A stretch of 64,000 nt of DNA from Carcharhinus amblyrhynchos (taxonomy: Eukaryota), in assembly GCA_965287045.1 (NCBI GenBank), contig OZ336872.1, positions 97,278,001-97,342,000 on the forward strand, given 5' to 3'. Numbering within the stretch: position 1 is the stretch's first letter; every line of letters starts with the position of its first letter. Below, piece by piece: positions 49,937 through 62,713 of the stretch. The position numbers and the translations under genes are program-made. The notes below the pieces were generated by a model that was not told the origin of the DNA, searched no databases, and saw nothing but the letters and a program-made list of their open reading frames with translations.

Positions 49937-52900
49937 GGAGAAGGAAATCCAACTGAAGATGCAGCTCAGCTTCGTTCTCGTCAGCCATATCTTCTCCAGT
50001 GTCAGATATTATTTATTAATCTCTGCTTATAACCATGGTTGTTTTTATTTTGTCTTTAAGCTACCCTAGTTATTCAAATGGGTGCATTGATTGATATCTA
50101 AACCTGAATAACAATTTAACCAGCTATTTACTGCCGAATAGTTAAGTAGGTTCATGTCTTATACATTCCTAGATGAAACTAGCACAATATAGATTGGCCT
50201 TCAATAGTTGGATCATGTTTCTGAATATGTCTCTGTGACCTTTTTCTGACTTGTCAAGTCGTCTGGAGGTAACAGTCTGAAATGCCTGAAGCCTTAACAA
50301 CCACCAAATCAAACCACAGACTTAAATCATACAATGTAAAATCACCAGAAAATTACACTGTCTTTGACAGATCTGAACCTAACATTCCAGATTTAAAACA
50401 AATCATCTGTTACATTGCAGATACTACATATGAAAGTACAAAATCAAAAATAAAGGTTCAGAGCTAGTACTATGAGCATAACGTCTCAGTAATCATGATA
50501 AGTGGTCTGTTCAGTATTTGGGGCTGTCTCAGATCAGGTAAAAGAAATGGCTGAAGCTTTAATTGATTTTCGAACACAACAAGGTCAAATTTGCCTGAGA
50601 GCTCATAATTACATTAGTATAACTTTCAGTATACAACAGTAGACCATTTTGTTTCATTATGGATATGTGAACATTTAGTGGGTTTAGGAATCACATCGAT
50701 AGTTCACAATGCAGGAATTCTATCCTAATTTCTTTGCAATCATTAAACCTTTTTAAACAAGTCATCTACTATCCCAATAAAATGTTTGAGCAGAAAATAA
50801 AATACTGACCCAATTTTACATGCTAATGGTTTGACTTAGAAATGTTGCCTACAAAACAGAGAAGTTTCCCCAGTTAAATTTAGTTGTGGCAACAAATTCC
50901 AATCATCTTCAGTCCAAAGTTGTTTTGAAACTACCCAATTCCAAAATTCATACTCAAATTTCAAAAAGTTACAAAATTCACACAAATTTGGTGTGCAGGA
51001 TAATTTGGGGCAATAATTTTCACTGGATGTTTGTCCCTTTTTCTCCCCAGTTAAAAAAAATTCTGATGGGGTCTTGTTGCTTTTTCCACCCATTTTTGTC
51101 TTTCGTTATAGCTTTACCATTTGAAACAGGCATGTGCTTTTCTTCCGCAATACCACCATTTCCACCTCATGTACAGATAGGCCATCTATTGCACGGTGCA
51201 GGCATACTTATCATTCGAAACCTACACATTGGGCCTCCAATGCCAGATCCTGTAATGCTGTAATGAAGAAGAAGGAGCGCACAGGAGTAATAATAAATGT
51301 AATTTTAGCTAGACTGACCTGATGTCCCCATCTTTATCAGAGCTGATGCCCATATAATGCTATAAATGGCATAGGCATCTGCCGTTTTTATGCTGATAAC
51401 CCCATATGCAGGACTTAGAATAGATTTTGTCTGGTTACACATCCAGTGGTGCAGCAACTCAGCCTGGACTTTACAATCCCACATATTTCCAGTGACATTT
51501 TATACAATATAAGATGCAATGAAGGTCTTTATATCCATGAAGTCTCCAGAATGAAGTTATATACCTATGTTATTACCCAATCATCAGATGCTTTTCTGAG
51601 GGAAATGAACATTGGTTCTCAAAGGAACAATTATGAAAATAAAACAAGCAACAATTTGCCCATTTTGGTGTAAGTAGAATATTTTGGATACCAATGGCAT
51701 ATCTGTTGATTGGATCACTTGTGGGTTGTTTTTCAAATGGCGTGGATGTTACTGAAGATCTCCTCTTACTAATAGCATATGCTAGACTTGCAGAATCCCA
51801 TCTACTAAACATGAGGAATTGGAGACTAGCTGAAATCAGGCATGGTTTCATAGCAAGACGGTTAACTTTTGACCATACCATTAACCTCCATGGCGTACCA
51901 ATGCAAGTTCACTAAAAAGAAAAATGGGTTTATTTTTGGCATGAGATCTTCAACGCACAAATTGGATGTGCCACAGAATATAAATAATATCCAACTCATG
52001 ACCTGGGACCATAAGCATCAGGCAGCGTCTTTAGCTCTCATATCTTTTTTTTGTAATGGGAGTCATTTCCGAATTAGAATTGGTATTTTTGCACCTATTC
52101 ATGAAGTACTTTTTTCCCTTTTTGACTAGAAATTCTTTATTAAGGGTCTTTGTCAAATATCTTATCTTGGTGGAGCCCCTATTCACTAAACTAATCATAT
52201 GTAATAGAATGGATTGCGTAAAATATTTTTAAAATATTGCTCTATTAAGTGTTTACCTCCTTCTTCCATTTAATGTATATATGGTGTAATCTGTAATGTC
52301 CTATCCTCTGAAACCTTGAAAGGGGAACCACAGAATTCATGTATCCCTACTTACTAAATGTTTTGTAAAATAGTTTGCTTGTACACAGATTCTGAATATT
52401 TCTACACTGTACATGTGTTCTAGCAGTGTCCCACAAAAATACAAATGTACAACTTTACAACTTGGTCTTTTCCCACACCCGTCTTCCTTTTCTGTCTGAA
52501 CATTTCTCTTATTATTTCTAGTTCCTCTGTATTCCATGCACAGCTGAGCAAGGAGTCAATTGATCAGCCTGAGATTTACTTCTGCTGATGCCACACTGGT
52601 GTTAGTCATGAGAATCTGTACAGCTGAAGCTTTTGCAGTCTTCCCCCCTCCATTTTGTTCCCCCATACCCATCTTGTTTTCCTGCTGTGAAAGTGTTCAG
52701 CCCTGCAATCTGTCTATCCTCTCAGTGCTCCAACCCAGTGGAGATTGAATACTCACTGGATGCAAAATTGTAATTGTAAACCCCGCTGTCATTTTGTGGT
52801 GCAGTCATTTGGCACTTGGCTTAAGATGTTTGATAATGTTCTAACTTGCTAAGGTTATCTCAATCAACGACATTCACAAAACAGTCAAGTCTATAGTCCA

Positions 52901-52942
52901 TTCTAAAATGAGGTCCACTGGAATGAAATTTTCAAAAGTCAT

Positions 52943-53068
52943 TGGCCCGAATTTTACTGTCCCGCTTGCCACGAGAATCGGAGCGGGCAAGGGGCAGGCC
53001 GTGGAAAGGTCCATTGCCCTCAGGCGAGATTTTACAGTATCAGGATGAATGAGGCGGTAAAATCCGTT
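52943..53068. mobile_element. ~125-bp MITE (related copy at about 42118-42232; a similar-sized element at about 44936-45067)
   Basis: Terminal inverted repeats ggcccgaattttac ... gtaaaatccg. The interior ggaaaggtccattg is shared with the 42118 copy. Confidence 0.6.
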
Positions 53069-54164
53069 TGTATTTTTTTTAAATTCTCTGGTGATTTACA
53101 AAACAATTTGTTGCTTATGGTTTAAATAAGCTGTACAATTGCCAATAATACCAACTAACCATGAGAGAATACAGTAAGAATTTCAATACCCAAACTTCAA
53201 AATTAATTTTGCCATATGTAGAGTGTTTGTCAAATACATGATAACTTCTGTAATGTTGCAGAATTTTTTTTCCCACTTGAGAATGTGAGCTTACCTGACT
53301 ACTTCATAGGTATTTGTCCACTGGGTTACAAAGTTTGTTCTTTTTGTGTTTAGATTTTGGAAAAGATTTATTCCCAGCACTGTTTAGTGTATACAGTCAC
53401 CTGCACCAGTGCCCTTTTGACTTGTTTTGATTTTTTTGTGAATCACATTTAAAATCACTACACTCCAGGTGAGTTTGAGCACCAGTCAACACTTCAGATG
53501 GAACAATTTTGTTAAAAAGTGATTGAAGCAGAAAGCGTGTGAAGAGGGATCAGCAAGTGCGCATCATAACAGTTGATTTTTCAAAAATCATTGGGTGAAA
53601 ATAAGTTGTGATACACAACTGCATTAACATGTTCATATGAAATTCCCCTGTCCGTTATTTTAATGAAGATACTAATCTATTTAAAGTAATCAGGTGAAAA
53701 GTAATTTTCACACCATTTCCTATGGAAAGCCCTAGTTTGCCTCTTTCCATTGAGATCCTTTCCCTTCTCCCCCTTGAACCTCAGCTTCCCTGTCTCCTGC
53801 ATGCCCCCATTCACCTCTTCCCTTGAGAACTTGGTTCTCCTTCTGTCTTTCAGATCCCTGTTCATTTTTTCCACTTTGAGTTTTGAAACCTTCTCACTTT
53901 CAGACTCTGGTTTTCCTCTGCACCCTCCCCACACACTTCTTCACTATCCCTTCCTCACACAAACACACCCCATCCTATTTGGATCCTAATATTCCTAGGA
54001 TAGGGGAATTTAAAATTTCAGGTGCAATCGTACAACCGGAAGTATTTTTTAAAATTCATATTTAGAAATAAACATGGAATGGCTATTGACAACACTGTAA
54101 CCTGCATCATTAATGATGGCACAATGATACGAAAGCTGTACGTACATCACACTATTGATAATCT

Positions 54165-54390
54165 GTGATTTAGGTTTAATGGTTAGGGATTGGTTGTTCG
54201 ATTAGGTTTACGTTTTGGGTTAATGTTAATGGTTAATGTTACTTGTTTAAGGGTTTGTGTTTAGTTATAGGAATTGGGATTAGGATTTGGGTCTAGGATT
54301 AAGTTTGGGGATTGGGTAAGGGTGTCAGAGTTATAATTAAGGCAAAACTGTCAAGGGTAAGGTTAGGGCTTCGTGATTAGCATTAGGGAA
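54165..54390 (+). repeat. Degenerate TTAGGG-like hexamer array
   Basis: ttaggt, ggttaggg, ttgggt, ttagga, gtaaggg and attaggg units in 6-nt register. Confidence 0.6.
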
Positions 54391-55284
54391 TGTTATTCAG
54401 GCTAGAAACACAATCAGAAATGTGGTGTTGGTAGCCCAAATAATACTTGGGACTGAGCTTAGATACCAGAACATCTGAAATATTAACTAACTCGGAATTA
54501 ACACAAGGTGAAATTTATGTATGCTTTCCTTGTGTTCTATTGTTGAATACAGCCTTAGAATTGTTCAGTTGGTCTTTACAGGGGATAGGAACATGAGGAA
54601 TTGCTTGCTGTAAGTTAGATTGCTGCATTCATTGTTAAGAACAATACCACAAAACTGCACAAGGCATATTTTGTTGTGCCTTAATAAGTAATGGAACAGA
54701 GGTCAATGGAAATGTGTTGGGGTAGAAAATCAGAATGCTGAAAACAGGTTAGTCAACATGTAAAAGGAAAGAAACAGTTAATGATTTCACCGGCACCTGC
54801 GTCAAAATGGAGGTTACAGCTTTTATGTTAGATCTCCAGCATTTCTTTTCTCTCAATGAAAAATACCAGAATTGAACAAACATTCTAGCTGAAAATAAAC
54901 AGGCACCTAGAAAACTGTTCTTAATTTTCTATAATGGTTTTGGAATATTGTTATACCATAGTATATGGTTTTTGAATATTGTTATAGTTTAGGAAAATTG
55001 TAATGTTTTATATCTTTCTGCTCTCAAGGACATTCCAATGACTCGTATTTGGTAGTATTTTTCTTTAGTGTCTTAGAGTGCTTTATAACTTTAACCTATA
55101 AGAGCCAATACTGTATTTTCTAAGTGCTTAATCCGGAGGTGAGTGCAGTTCTGCCCCTGTCCTACCTAACAGCACCACCCCCACCCCCATTAAAAAATCA
55201 CTGGGAATTGCATGGAAATGTTGCATTAGATATTTACTAATTTGATGTTGCAATGATGAACTTGTTAACACTGAATTTATATTA

Positions 55285-55310
55285 TGTGTGTGCGTGTGTG
55301 TGTGTGCGTG
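55285..55310. repeat. (TG)n microsatellite
   Basis: tgtgtgtgcgtgtgtgtgtgtgcgtg. Confidence 0.85.
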
Positions 55311-55378
55311 TTTTATTTAAATTGGTGAATGCAATTTCCATGTTGTGTATGTGCAACATTGATGTAATTGTCTTGGCA

Positions 55379-55384
55379 AATAAA
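55379..55384 (+). terminator. Candidate distal polyadenylation signal
   Basis: ggcaAATAAAcctttgttt followed by ctttgctggttctt, near the end of the repeat-poor block. Confidence 0.5.
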
Positions 55385-56239
55385 CCTTTGTTTAAAAAAG
55401 CTTTGCTGGTTCTTACTCACTTGCTATAAAAGGTTACCAGTGCAAAAAACTGGAGATATGTAATCTCACTGGAGATTACATAGATCTGATTTTGGAATAT
55501 TGAAACTGATAGCATCAAATCTGTCTGCTGTATTGTTCACATTTAAATGTGAAAGCGTGAACATATTGCACTGAGCACTATAGGCATAAACTAGATTAAT
55601 TTAAACTACATAAAATAGCACGCCAAGGAATGTATTGCAAATGTGTTCATATTTTGTACGTAAACTTTGCTGGTCAGAATTTTTATTTTTTGATTTCTTA
55701 ATCAAGATAACATCTCATTATGAAGATATGTAAGTTGATTCATAAATTTGTTGAATGTCTATTTTAAAAGTTAGGAGAATGATTTAATATAATCAACTCT
55801 GATTGATCTAGAATTTACCTCAGAGCTTGGCTTTCTTAAGTTCTGTCAATTCTGGGTCTGTAAATAGAAGTGTAAAGGTCAGACTTAATGTTATAAGGTT
55901 GCTAAAGTTGATAGTATAGCTTAATACTGACTTTCCTTCTCTGAAGTTTTCAACATAATTGGAAGAAGATTTAGAACTATTTGCTGGCAAAAAGTTCCAA
56001 AACATTCATCTTTTTTTTACCTGCATTTCAAAAAAAAGTCAACCACAGAAACATGCAATAGTGTAAAGTTTATAAATTCAGTTGATTTACCTGCTATGAT
56101 TGTTATGTTCACCTGCTATCAGACTATACCTTGAAAAGCTATTATTTTGCCTCATTTAATAATGCACAATTTTTCTCTTGACTTTCTTGCATATTATCAG
56201 TATTTTTTCATCTATCTCTTGTGATCCCCTTGCTTTTAT

Positions 56240-57384
56240 TTAATAATTAATTATAGTATTAGCATAATACAGAGAGAGGGCTTAAGTTCAGAAATCCAGG
56301 ATGTGAAAACGGTTTTGGTAGAGATGAGAAATGGTAAATGTAAGAAATCACTAGTGGGATTTGTGTACAGGCCCCCTAACAGTAACCATGTGGGAGGCTG
56401 GAGCATAAAGGAAGAAATAATTCGTGCTTGTCAGAAAGGTACGGTGATAATCATGGGAGATTTTAATTTACAGAGACTGGAAAAAGTCAGACGGGCAAAG
56501 GGAACCCAGATGAGGAATTTTCAGGGTAGTTTCTTAGAACAGCATGTCTGGAGCCAGCTAGAGAGAAGACTATGCTAGTGTAGTTCTTGTGCAACGAGAT
56601 GGGAACAATTAATGATTTCATACTGAAAGTGCCCCTAGATAGCTGCGACCATAATATGATTGAATTTTATATTCAGTTGAGGGAGAGAGAAATGGGTCAG
56701 CAAACTGCAGGCTGACTGTTCGGGATCACTGCACATGCACAGAGGCCTGGAGCTGTCAGCTCTGGTGTGAATATCCCCCACCCCACAAGCTTTTAATGAT
56801 GCTCATTATCATTGTGGCCTCTGCATTGCACAGTGTGTGGCAGCTTCTAGTGTGAACTCCCACTGAAAAAACAATCATGATTTACACCAGTTTTCCTGCA
56901 AATTCTACACTTAGAACATTTATGGGAGAATCACCCCAGAGAATCTGGTGAATTAGTGCAATGACAATAATCTCTCCCTCAATGTCAGTAAAATTTAGGA
57001 ATTAGTCATTAACTTTAAGGAGCATAGTAGAGAACATGGCTCTATCCAACATCAAACTTCAAGAAAAAGCAGATAATTATGCAAAGACAAGTATCAGATC
57101 AGAAGATTTGGATATGAGGAATATAACGAATAGAAAAGGAGAATTAAAGGAGGGGAAAAAATAGAGTATGAGTGAAAGCTAAGCAGAAAAATAAAAACAA
57201 GTAGGAAAAGTTTTACAAGTATTTAATAAAATAAGAATTAACAAAGTCAGTTTGGTCCTACAAAAAGTGAGTCTTGGAGAATTGACAATAGAAAATAAAG
57301 AGATGACAGATTAATCGACAGGTATTTTGCATCTGTCTTCACTATAGAAGTTGCAGGTACCCCAGAATTAGCTATAAACCAGGA
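56240..57384 (+). mobile_element. CR1 LINE fragment (endonuclease region), interrupted by an inverted duplicated block
   Basis: ORF 56303-56578 contains LVGFVYRPPNS...VIIMGDFN, the CR1 APE endonuclease motifs. Confidence 0.8.
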
Positions 57385-58157
57385 GATTTGATTTATTATT
57401 GTCACATGTATTGGTGTACAATGAAAAGTATTGTTTCGTGCATGCTATACAAACAAAGCATTCCGTTCATAGAAAAGGAAAGGAGAGGGTTCAGAATGTA
57501 GTGTCACTATCATAGCTAGGGTGTAGAGAAAGATCAACTTAATATTAGGTAGGTCCATTCAAAAATCTGATGGCAGTAGGGAAGAAGCTGTTTTTGACTC
57601 AGTTGGTATAAGACCTCAAGCTTTTGTGTCTTTTTCTTCACAGAAGAAGGTAGAAGAGAGTATATCTGGGGTGCGAGGGGTCCTTGATTGTTCTGGCTGT
57701 TTTTCCAAGGCAGCAGAAAGTGTAAACAGAGTCAATAGATGGAAGGCTGGTTTGTGTGATAAACTGGGCTACGTTCATGATGCTTTGTAGTTTCTTGTGG
57801 TCATAGACTGAGCAGGAGCCATATCAAGCTGTGATATAACCAGAAAGGATGTTTTCTATGGTGCATCGTAAAAGTTGGTGAGAGTTGTAGCCGACATACT
57901 GAATTTCCTTCGTCTCCTGAGAAAGTAGAGCCATTGGTGAGCTTTCTTAACTATAGCATCGTTATGGAGGGACCAGGACAGGTTGTTGGTGATCTGGACA
58001 CCTAAACTTAAAACTCTCGACCATTTCTACTTCATCCCCATTGATGTGGGCAGAGCCATGTCCTCCACTATGCTCCCTGAAGTCAATGACTATTTCCTTC
58101 ATTTTACTGACATTGAGGGAGAGATTATTATCATTGCACCAATTCACCAGATTCTCT
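57385..58157 (-). mobile_element. Rex1/Babar-type LINE 3' fragment
   Basis: ORF 57962-58147 reads WCNDNNLSLNVSKMKEIVIDFR...INGDEVEMVESFKF. The minus-strand 3' end is tacatgtgacaataataaatcaaatc. Confidence 0.75.
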
Positions 58158-58622
58158 GGGGTGATTCTCCCATAAACATTCTAAGTGCTGAATTTGCAGG
58201 GAAAGTGGTGTAAATCGTGATTTTTTTTCAGTGCGAGTCCACACTAGAAGCTCCCACACACTGTGCAATGCGGAGGCCACAATCGTGAGTATCATTTAAA
58301 GCTTGTAGGGTGGGGAATATTCACGCCAGAGACTGACAGCTCCGGGCCTCTATGCATGTGCAGTGGCCCCGAACCTTCAGCCTGCAGTTTGCTGGCCAGC
58401 TCGATCACTGGCCAGCCCAGGATCCCCGCAGTGCAGCTCCTGATCCCCCTCCATGGTCTGATTGCAGCTCCCACAAGCATTCCCAGGCTCGCCCCGAACC
58501 CCCACCCCCATCCCGAAGCACCCCAATCTTCAGCCACCCCAGCAGTGACAATCCCTCCCACCAACTCCATACCAGCAGACTGCACCCCCCTTCCCAATGG
58601 GAGGCTGACCCTCCCCCCCAAC
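58158..58622. mobile_element. Non-autonomous Harbinger-like element (one end)
   Basis: Starts ggggtgattctccc and belongs to the same family as 8952-9780. Confidence 0.55.
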
Positions 58623-61600
58623 ATAGTTTGAAGAGGAGCTGACTATTGAAATATTATCAGATCCATCACATAAAATAATCCCACTCATCTTGGAACTTCG
58701 CTTGTATTCCTACTTCAGTTAAGTTTTTTGCTTTTATTTATTCAATTGCATTGTATGGGTGTCACTGGCAAGGCCAACATTCATGACCCATCCCTAACTG
58801 AATGAAAGAGTTGGTTCATAACCTTCAGTTTGGTAAGGTGTTCCACAGTTTTGACTCAGCAAAGATGGCAGAATGGTGATATCCAAATCAGGACAGAAAG
58901 TGACTTGGGTGAAAAATTTGATGTAGGTTGTGATGTTTCTGCTGCCCTTGTTCTTCAAAGAAATAGAGGCCACAGATTTTGAAGCTGCTACTGTCAAAGC
59001 CTTGGCAAGTTGCTGCAGCAAATTTTATAAATGGCATTCACTGCTGCCACTATGCATCAATGATGGAGAGAGTAAATGGTTAAGATAATGGATAGAATGT
59101 CAATCTAACAGGTTGCACGATGCTGGATGATATTAAGCTCCTTGAGTGTTGTTGGAATTGCATTCATCCAAATAAGTGATGGGCATTCCATCACAGTCCT
59201 GGCTACTATCTTGTCCATGGGAGTCACTGGTCACTGACTTGTGCCTCGAAAAACAATATTTATGTGACAAATCCAGTTGTTTCTAATCAATGGTAACCTC
59301 CAGGATTTTGATGGTAAAGGACTTAATAATGCTGTTGATTATCATTGGAAGGTAGTTAGACTCCTTGCAGATAATCATTACCTGATGCAAAAGTTACTTC
59401 TCACTTTTCAGCTCAAGCTAGAACATGTTGTCCATAAGACCGTAAGACATAGGAGAAAAATTAGGCCACTTGGCCCATTGAGTCTGCTCCGCCATTCAAT
59501 CATGGCTGATATTTTTCTCATCACTATCCTCCTGGGAAATTGGAGAGAGGATTGTGATCAGGAGGACAATCAGAGGTGTGGGGGAGGCAATGTCCAGGGA
59601 GAGGGGAAGTGACGATCGCCCAATGCACTCTGGATTATTATACATAGTACATTGGGCGATCAGGCGCATGTGCAATAGCACCCTCTAGCAGTCAGCAGTT
59701 GGCTTTCTGGCATGTATAGACGCCATCCACTCGCCCTAATGGCAAAAATCATACTTTGCTTCATTTTCTTTCTCTTAAATGTGAAAAGATTTTATCTTTC
59801 CTCTGGCCAGAAAAACAGGTCCAAAACTCTCTTGTTTGACACTTAAATTTTTTTTGGTAAGCTCACCCCTGCCCTTCTGTTTGATCAAGTGTTTGATCAT
59901 CTACCCCAATGTGCATTATGTGGCTTGATGTCAAATTTTGTTTTACAATGCTCCTATGAAATGTCTGACATATTTTATTAAGTAAAATACAAATAAATAT
60001 GTTTTTGTTCATTCTCTATAGTTGAGAAAACAATATTTTTTCCTTGGAATAATACTCATAGATTCAGGACAGAATGTTCCAAACCCTCTGGCCTAGCTAA
60101 AACCAATTGAGAAGCAAAATTAACACAAATGAAACTGAGAAAACTGTATTAGGATGAATTACTGGTACTCACACATCAGAGACATAGAACATAAATGTCC
60201 CTGGGTCAAAGTTATTTGGTGTATTATTATTTATTTATTTATTAGTTATTTATTGTACAACAGCACAAATTATCAACCAGCAAAATTGGTACAAAACTGA
60301 AGAACAGCTTCAAACAAATTGGAATGAAGCCAAACAATGTATCCTGAAAACTGATCCTGAACAAAAGCCCACGACAGGGTCCCTACCTCAGAAAACATTA
60401 AATTTGGCATTTACTTCATTGGATTTCAGGACTTCAATTAGTGGTTTGGGATCACATTGCATAAAGAATCTTTCAAGTTGACCAAGGATATTTTATTGTG
60501 CTCTGTATTGGTAAGGTACTTGGTTTTATCTAATTATGCTCCGGCATAATATCCCTGCACAAACTTGTGAGTTTTAAGTCTATGCGCCATTAATCTGTAT
60601 CTAAACTCTCTGGATTTAGGTAAGTGGAATGTATCCTGTATCAGGCAAACAGAAATTTTAGCAGGACTTTGTTCTGAGTTTCTCAAACGGACTTAATGGG
60701 CATTTCCACACTTACGAGATATTCAACTAACCCCCAAACTTATTCCAGAATTTTGACTGAATTGTCCTGGGCTTTCCATTTCACAGGCAGAAGGGGAGTG
60801 AATTATTTATTTTCATAGATGGAATTGATACATAAATCACTCAATATGTTACTGCCTGATAGCACATCTTCATTGACACTGCCTCGTAATGCATTCCAGG
60901 CATCTCTTTTCCACAAAAAAATTTTCTTTACCACTAATGTGTTGACACACGTGTTGAGTTGCAAGCCGAGAAGATTTATTATGAAAACTCAAGTGATATA
61001 ATTTATATTTTTATCACAGAAGTGGGCTGATGTTATCAGGTAAATGTTGCAGCACCTTACAGGAGTGCAGAGATGCAAGATTTTCTTGGAATTAATTTTA
61101 GTTAATTGATTTGCTTTGACTAATCTTAATCAACGGAGAATCGGGAGTATTGTGAATTGGATGCACTGACCTCCAGGTCTGGAACATAGCCTTGGAGGAT
61201 AACTGTCAAATAAGTCATTTGTAATTCTGTCGTGCTTAAGAGATTAAACATAAAATCACATGGCAATCGCCTGGGTTAAGAGAACAAAATGTTAAAAATA
61301 GAATTGTGTGACATTTTCTCATTACAGATTACCTGAAAACCTGCTTATTAGTATCCGAGGAATGTTTTGAATCTTGCATAGCATTTAACATGAAGCTGTA
61401 ATTTGCTTTGACTTGATGCCTTACTTACATCAACTGAGCCACCTAGTATATTGTTACCTTAGGGCACAACCTGGTTGATACTACTTTGTAATGCATTTTG
61501 GGTATTTAATCTGTCCCCCTGTCGTCACTAACATCTAAATTAAACAACGCCTCCAATTATGACTACCTATGAAGTCTCCTCAACTACACTATCTTCTGAG

Positions 61601-61665
61601 ACATCTGTACTTCTCTAATTTCAAAATAACAGCATTTGTACGGAGACTGTTGCACCTGTCATTAA

Positions 61666-61960
61666 ATCATAGAAGTGCAGAAGGAGGCCATTCGACCCAT
61701 TGTGTCTGCACTGACCACAATCCCTTAACCCCACATACTTACTCTGCTAATCCCCTTAAACTAGTTTTAACTTAGCATTGCCAATCCACTTAACCTGCAC
61801 ATCTTTGGACTGTGGGAGAAAACCGAAGCACCTAGAGGAAACCCACACAGATTTGGAGAGAATGTGCAAACTCCACACAGACAGCGACCCAAAGTCAGAA
61901 TTGAACCTGGTTCCCTGGCACTATGAGGCAGCAGCGCTAACCACTGTACCACCATGCCGC
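61666..61960 (-). mobile_element. HE1/V-SINE, type A
   Basis: Reverse-complement head and core. Confidence 0.8.
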
Positions 61961-62713
61961 CTTTATCTGTGTTGGGGTAGACTTAACAAGACTCAATCAT
62001 GGGGTAGCGGGGGGTGCAACAGCTGAGAAGTGAGAGCACTTTGAATGGAGTTGCATGACCGCTTTGCTATCATTCCTCTCCTAACCCAGTGCCTCATCAT
62101 TCCAATCACTCTACTTCAGACTAGCTTGGTGAAGATCAGTGATGGGTGGTAAGGCCACAGATGAGGCAGCAGACAGGTTTGCAACTAAAGGCTGGAATGG
62201 CTATGGTCATGGATTCATTGGAGAACCTCCTTGAAGCTCCAGGGAGACCGACTCTCTGCGTGGCAGCCATTCTTGCAAATCCCTGCTCTATCAACACACT
62301 TGCAATCGAGCTATGTTCCTCCAGTCTCTCCCCAATGAGATAGAAATATTTTGGCAGAGAAGAAGGCCATTTGGCCCATCATATCAGTTCCTGTTGTCAA
62401 AGAGCTATCCAGCCTAATTCTACCTTCCAGTTATTGGTTCATTGTCCTGTGTGTATCCAAATGCTTTTTTAAAAATACACCAAGGGTTTCTGCTTCCATC
62501 ATCCTTTCAGGCAGATAATTTTAGATCCCCATTACCTCTACATGAAAACATTACAACATTTCCTTCTAATTCTTCCAAGGGTAACTTTAACATTATACCA
62601 TCAGTAATTGACCTCTCTGCTAATGGAAATAAGTTCTTCCTTTCAGTTCCATCTAGGCCTCATCATTTTATACGCCTCTGGTAAGTATCCCCTCAGCTTC
62701 CCCTAACCAAAAT

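Larger units (their letters stand above)
49937..55400 (+). other. Probable long 3' UTR of the VAMP gene
   Basis: About 5.4 kb with no SINE or LINE copy I could recognise (only a short MITE and a Penelope end), in a window otherwise dense in repeats. Ends in a (TG)n run, AATAAA at 55379-55384 and U/GU-rich sequence. The true extent is inferred. Confidence 0.5.

Noticed and set aside
52572-52588. gagATT TAC TTC TGC TGA (IYFC*) as VAMP exon 5
   Set aside because: It is phase 0 after the AG while exon 4 ends in phase 1, and there is no pyrimidine tract. The 49920 site fits fully.
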